DNA of 39,140 bases from Porpidia crustulata. Lineage: Eukaryota. This document shows positions 35,201-39,140 of this stretch, one piece after another. The translations under genes were made by a program, and so were the position numbers. Under the pieces are notes generated by a model that worked only from the letters and a program-made list of their open reading frames with translations, was not told the DNA's origin and searched no databases. Position 1 is the first letter of the stretch. Every line of letters begins with the position of its first letter. The stretch is taken from assembly GCA_964255105.1 (NCBI GenBank), contig CAXUWE010000005.1:1-39140 (forward strand). Reading direction: 5' to 3'.

Positions 35201-37369
35201 GAGGTACATGACAATGATTCCTTCCTAGAGCTTGGAGGGGACTCGATTCTCGCGATGGAGCTCGCAAGTAATGCCCAAAACGCTGGGCTACAACTTACGG
35301 TGGCCGACATCTTCAATAAACCCATATTTTCGGAAATGGCTCATGCCAGTGCAGTTGCGATGCAAAAAAGGTTTCACAAGGCAGCGATGCGACGCACGGC
35401 TTCCAATCAAGCTGCAATTACCGAGCAGAGGAATCTAGAGCGACGTACACTGTTTTCAGGCCTGGGAGCAGCAGACGTGGAAACCTTCATTCAAGACTAT
35501 ATCTGCCCGAGAATTGGCGTCTTCCGCGGAGGCATAACTGATGTACTTCCAGTAACTGACTTCCAAGCCCTTTCTGTGATTGGAGCCATGCTCAAATCAC
35601 GATGGATGATGAACTATTTCTTCTTTGACGGGCAAGGATATCTGGATTTGACTCGCCTTAAGAGAGGCATCTTTAAGCTCGTACAGAGCTTCGATATCTT
35701 ACGCACGGTCTTTGTATATTGCGGTGACCGCTTCTGGCAAGTTGTCCTCCGGAAACTCCGACCACAATTTCACGTATACCACACAGAAGAAGACTTTGAC
35801 GTCTTCACTCGCAACCTTCGCGAAGCCAGCATGGAAGTTTACCCACGACTGGGTGAAGCCTACGTCCAGATTAGCGTTATTAAAAAACCAGGCACTAATA
35901 TCCACCGCATCATGCTACGGCTATCTCATGCGCAATACGACGGTATTTGCCTTCCAAAAATCATCGAGGCTCTCAAGGCATGCTACGAGGGCAAAGAGGT
36001 GGTGCCATCACCATCCTTTTCTAACTATGTCTTGCAAGCCACGGGTCCTGCCAACCGGAAAAGCTATGATTACTGGAAAGCTCTTTTGCAAGGCTCCTCG
36101 ATGACAAGCGTTCCGCAGCGTGAACAGCCAAAGTACAATGTCTCGGACCAAGCATCTTCCATAGTGAAGAAGACAATCAAACTATCAGCCCTTAATTCCA
36201 AGAATGTCACGCCAGCCACGATCTTTAAAGCTGCTTGGGCTCTCACTTTAGCTCAATTGACAGGCAAGTCTGATATTGTATTTGGAAATCTAATCAGCGG
36301 GCGAAACGCTGCAGTGTATGGTGTCGAGGATATTGTTGGCCCTTGTGTTAACATTGTCCCCGTCAGGATTACTCTTGGGTCGAAGGCGACAGCTCTAGAT
36401 CTCCTCCGTATGATCCAGAGCCAGCAGGTTACCGCCATGCCGCACGAATCGCTCGGCTTCCAAGAGATTATCCAGCAATGCACCGATTGGCCAGAATGGA
36501 CATACTTCTCGAGCGTGGTGCAACATCAGAATATCTCTCAAGAAATGCCGCTGCGTCTGGACGGTCGGCAGTACAAAGTTGGCTCCGTCGGCACTGGAGA
36601 CAATCTATCTGACTTCACCCTCTTGTCCACACCAATGGAGGGCGGCACGGTAGAAGTGGCCTTGGGCGTGTGCGGCGACGGCACCATTCCAGCATCGCTT
36701 GCCGAAAAGGCCCTTGACATGACATGCTCTTTCGCCGAAACCCTCGCCCGCCGCCCTGACGACACTTTACCCTCCTTCCTCCAAAATCCCAACAGGAAAG
36801 CAATGGCTCAACTCCAGGATCTTGTACAACCATCAGAGCAAGAAAGACCGTCTTCTCCCTCCCTGACCGCCAATCTAAGCGGCCTCCGAAAACGCGAAAT
36901 CTACGACATGGTCGACATCCTCCGCCGCTCCTGGCGCGTTGTCCTTCCCAAAGGGAGACAGCTCTCATCCAGTGATATCAATCTCCATACATCCTTTTAC
37001 TCCCTTGGCGGCAACATCATCGCCATGGGCGCTCTATACGCTTCCCTACACGATGAGGGTTACACCGACATCCGACTCGAGGATCTCATCGAGCGAAGCA
37101 CAATGGGCGAGCAGATTGCCTTGCTCTCATCTCGGGCGCGGAGCCGTCACCGAACGATCAGGGGGCAGAGGGAGGAAAGTGAGAGCGAACTTGATCCGAG
37201 CTCGTCGAGCACTTTGGCCGGGATGCCGGAGGCGGGCACGGGGCATGGGGAGAGGAGTCCTGAGAGGGGAGACGAGGTGGCAGGGTCGGCGACGAGGGAA
37301 GGCGAGGGGGTGAAGGTGAAGTGGTGGAGTAAGTTCACGAGGAGGATGAGGACAGGAAAAGCGGAGTAG
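13532..37369 (+). CDS. Multimodular nonribosomal peptide synthetase (5 A, 3 E, 7 T-like domains), Pes1/NPS4/AbNPS2-like; exons 13532-14032, 14095-23372, 23434-37369 (7904 aa)
   Basis: Five A domains (TSG[S/T]TG.PKG, YGP.E, YKTGDL, SGK). Six GGDS carrier motifs and one GGNI. Three E domains (HHL.[VI]D.VSW, E.HGRE, TVGWFT). Six full C domains. Introns 14033-14094 (GTAAGT..CTAAT..CAG) and 23373-23433 (GTAAGT..CTGAC..TAG) join three ORFs in frame, for example YKTGDLVR|YAEDG..GRKDSQ.KLHGQRLELGEIE. Family assignment comes from domain order and the neighbouring ABCC gene. Confidence 0.96.
14320..17560 (+). other. NRPS module 1: A1-T1-E (D-residue)
   Basis: YVLWTSGSTGEPKG near 14770, LGGDS (Ser 16066), HHLVVDLVSW, FNEGHGRE, RTVGWFT. 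Boundaries approximate. Confidence 0.9.
17620..20800 (+). other. NRPS module 2: C-A2-T2 (L-residue)
   Basis: SHTLIDG near 18045, IYTSGSTGKPKG, MGGDS near 20680. Boundaries approximate. Confidence 0.9.
20920..25500 (+). other. NRPS module 3: C-A3-T3-E (D-residue)
   Basis: HHALYDR at 21295, IFTSGSTGKPKG, LGGDS near 24000, HHLIIDIVSW, FNEAHGRE. Boundaries approximate. Confidence 0.9.
25560..28770 (+). other. NRPS module 4: C-A4-T4 (L-residue)
   Basis: SHSICDG near 25975, IFTSGTTGLPKG, IGGDS near 28650. Boundaries approximate. Confidence 0.9.
28880..33460 (+). other. NRPS module 5: C-A5-T5-E (D-residue)
   Basis: HHAIYDG near 29246, IFTSGSTGRPKG, QGGDS near 31920, HHLIVDVVSW, FNESHGRE. Boundaries approximate. 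Confidence 0.9.
33530..37125 (+). other. NRPS terminal region: C-(linker, no A)-T6-C(CT-like)-T7*(degenerate)
   Basis: NHAVIDG near 33944, LGGDS near 35235, SHAQYDG near 35924 (terminal CT-type motif), FYSLGGNII at 36995-37021. No thioesterase or reductase domain is visible. Confidence 0.85.
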
Positions 37370-37745
37370 GCTGTCGAGGAGATGATAGGAGTTGGGTGGC
37401 CTGAATTGCTTGCGAGAGAGCGGCGACCGCTTGATCGTTGGAATTGGAAAAGTAAAATCATTGAGCCAAGGGAGTTACGGGGAGGAAAAGTGAAATTGAA
37501 CCCTAGCCGGTGCATTGCAAGCGTATTGTCAATCATGTGGAAAAGCATAGAAAAGCTAAAACCTTGAGTATAACTAATCTTAATCATGTTATCTAGTTTA
37601 GTGCTAATAGTAAGTAATCTTTGCAATCTAAATCGTTTGTCTGCTTCAGACTTGGTTACCTCTGTTATTTACAATCATTCATGCAAGACCTATTCTAAGC
37701 CAATGGAATTCGGCTGGCAACAGCAGCTCTTGGAATCTGTATAAG

Positions 37746-37800
37746 TGGAGCACTGGGTGGGCATTAAATGGAGCACTGGGTGAGCATTAAATGAAGCATT
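37746..37800 (+). repeat. 23-bp tandem direct repeat (2 copies plus a partial third)
   Basis: TGGAGCACTGGGTGGGCATTAAA (37746-37768), TGGAGCACTGGGTGAGCATTAAA (37769-37791), then TGAAGCATT. Confidence 0.9.
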
Positions 37801-38000
37801 TAATGTCATCTTTAAATCAATACCTGGAATTATCATGTGCGCTGACGCGCGATGCGGTATCCGCTTTGATTTTATCCGAAATTCCGATTATATGGACTGC
37901 CGTAGAAGAGCCACAATACAAAAGATATCCCCAAACATCGATGTCTGTGTTAACGATGTTCGAGATCATCGCCATATAACCTTAGGATACGTACACACAG

Positions 38001-38007
38001 TGAGTCA
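38001..38007. promoter_or_regulatory. TGAGTCA (Gcn4/CpcA/AP-1 type bZIP site) just upstream of the Mtf2-like ATG
   Basis: Exact TGASTCA match. A single 7-mer can occur by chance. Confidence 0.25.
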
Positions 38008-38032
38008 TTCGAGCTTCTATTGCGACTTCAAC

Positions 38033-39140
38033 ATGAATCTGAGAAGCTCGTGCGCCAATCTGCAAGCCTTTCATTCATCGTCGTCCCTGCTGCCCTTCCT
38101 CTACCAGACTCGAACATTACAAGCGAAGGTACTGCCCAGAAAGGCTTGCAGTTCGAGGCGTTATATATACGGAAGCAGTTGCACACTATCTATTACACCT
38201 CAGCGTCATGCGTCCAGTTTCGCATCACAAAGAAATAGCAGTATACCCTTTGAAGGAATACCTGAACATTTACAGGACCAGTTAGCCACAGCCCCGCAGC
38301 CTCTGCCTTTTCTGAAGCCAGACCAGAAGTCGACAATCACTGCATCGGAGCGGACGGTTTTTGACAGAATTTTCGACGACCTAGCGCAGACATCACCCAA
38401 GCAGAAGCCAGAAGATGAGCTCAGGGACGATGAGCTCAGGGACGGATTAGAGACTGAAGAAGACATCTTATCCATCTTTGAGCAAAGTATCACGGTGACG
38501 CGCCCCGACCAAGACCAAAACACCGAAGACGTGATTAAGGGCCTACCCAAACTTGCTTCCCAACCATATCTCCGAGCGGTCGATGTGGTCTACTCCCCCG
38601 ACGATCGACCCAGTGAAGGCCGACCGAGAAACATAACAGGAAAAGATAGTGTGTGGGGCAGACCAGGAGAAATTGGTAGCGATTACGACGATCTGATAAC
38701 CGCACACGGCGAACACGCCAGGAAAGTCTACGGCATGCTCGGAAAAGCCGAGACTGATGTCGAGCTTTGGCGGGTCCTCGAGACCGAAGTCTTCAAGCTA
38801 GTCGAGGTCTACCACGCCCGTCAAGAAGAAGAGGTTGCCAATAAACCTAAAATCGATAAAGAGGCCGGCGCGGCCACCAAAAAGCCTCGTAAAAGCCGTG
38901 GCCGACCCACAAAAGCAGTGAGAGCAGCAGAAACAGCAGCAAAACGCCTCCTCCCAGAAGGGTCCAAAGCTCTCGTCCCCAACATTCTGCTCTCCATCCT
39001 CCAAGCCAACTACGGCCACTACTGCCTGTACGCGATGCGCCTCCTCCGCACCCGCTTCCCCGCCTCCCCCTACACCCTCCGATTCCTGCCGCAACTGAAA
39101 CGCCTGGGGTCCATCTCATACGTGCTGGGCGCCAACACAC
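38033..39140 (+). CDS. Mitochondrial Mtf2-like protein, 3'-truncated by the window edge
   Basis: Open frame from ATG 38033 to the window end, absent from the ORF track because it has no stop. It reads MNLRSSCANLQAFHSSSSLLPFLYQTRTL (Ser/Arg-rich presequence)..IPFE..STITASERTVFDRIF..TDVELWRVLETEVF..YAMRLLRTRFPASPYTLRFLPQLKRLGSISYVLGANT. I recognise these motifs from ascomycete Mtf2-like proteins. Confidence 0.8.
   Translation, partial: MNLRSSCANLQAFHSSSSLLPFLYQTRTLQAKVLPRKACSSRRYIYGSSCTLSITPQRHASSFASQRNSSIPFEGIPEHLQDQLATAPQPLPFLKPDQKSTITASERTVFDRIFDDLAQTSPKQKPEDELRDDELRDGLETEEDILSIFEQSITVTRPDQDQNTEDVIKGLPKLASQPYLRAVDVVYSPDDRPSEGRPRNITGKDSVWGRPGEIGSDYDDLITAHGEHARKVYGMLGKAETDVELWRVLETEVFKLVEVYHARQEEEVANKPKIDKEAGAATKKPRKSRGRPTKAVRAAETAAKRLLPEGSKALVPNILLSILQANYGHYCLYAMRLLRTRFPASPYTLRFLPQLKRLGSISYVLGANT
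38414..38443 (+). repeat. Perfect 15-bp tandem duplication within the CDS (DELRD x2)
   Basis: GATGAGCTCAGGGAC at 38414-38428 and 38429-38443. Confidence 0.9.

Noticed and set aside
14110..37626. Numerous antisense and alternate-frame ORFs overlapping the NRPS (similar ones overlap the ABC and oxidase genes)
   Set aside because: Shadow ORFs expected within long coding sequence; none has independent domain motifs.
37746..37800. 23-bp repeat considered as a CRISPR-like array
   Set aside because: The copies are directly adjacent with no spacers, the context is eukaryotic, and no cas genes are present.

Overview
Eukaryotic DNA from a filamentous ascomycete (short GT-AG introns with CTRAY branch points). 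The window opens on a short TAACCC telomere-type repeat followed by about 1 kb of non-coding, hairpin-containing sequence. Four genes can be built by hand. (1) A secreted copper/TPQ amine oxidase resembling the Pichia lysyl-oxidase type (+, 1940-4816, 8 exons, 824 aa). (2) A full-length ABCC/MRP exporter (-, 11255-6594, 4 exons, 1491 aa). (3) Divergent from the exporter, a giant NRPS (+, 13532-37369, 3 exons, 7904 aa) with architecture C*(half)-A-T-E / C-A-T / C-A-T-E / C-A-T / C-A-T-E / C-linker-T-C(T-like)-T*(no Ser). This resembles the Pes1/NPS4/AbNPS2/AbrePsy1 group and predicts an alternating D/L peptide, probably with one basic residue. (4) The 5' part of a mitochondrial Mtf2-like gene (+, 38033 to the window end), which the ORF track misses. 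The most interesting items are the NRPS logic (alternating epimerisation, acidic A2 pocket, A-less sixth carrier, Ser-less terminal carrier) and a speculative coupling of NRPS, exporter and secreted amine oxidase. Family calls rest on motif recognition only; no searches were run, and domain boundaries are approximate.
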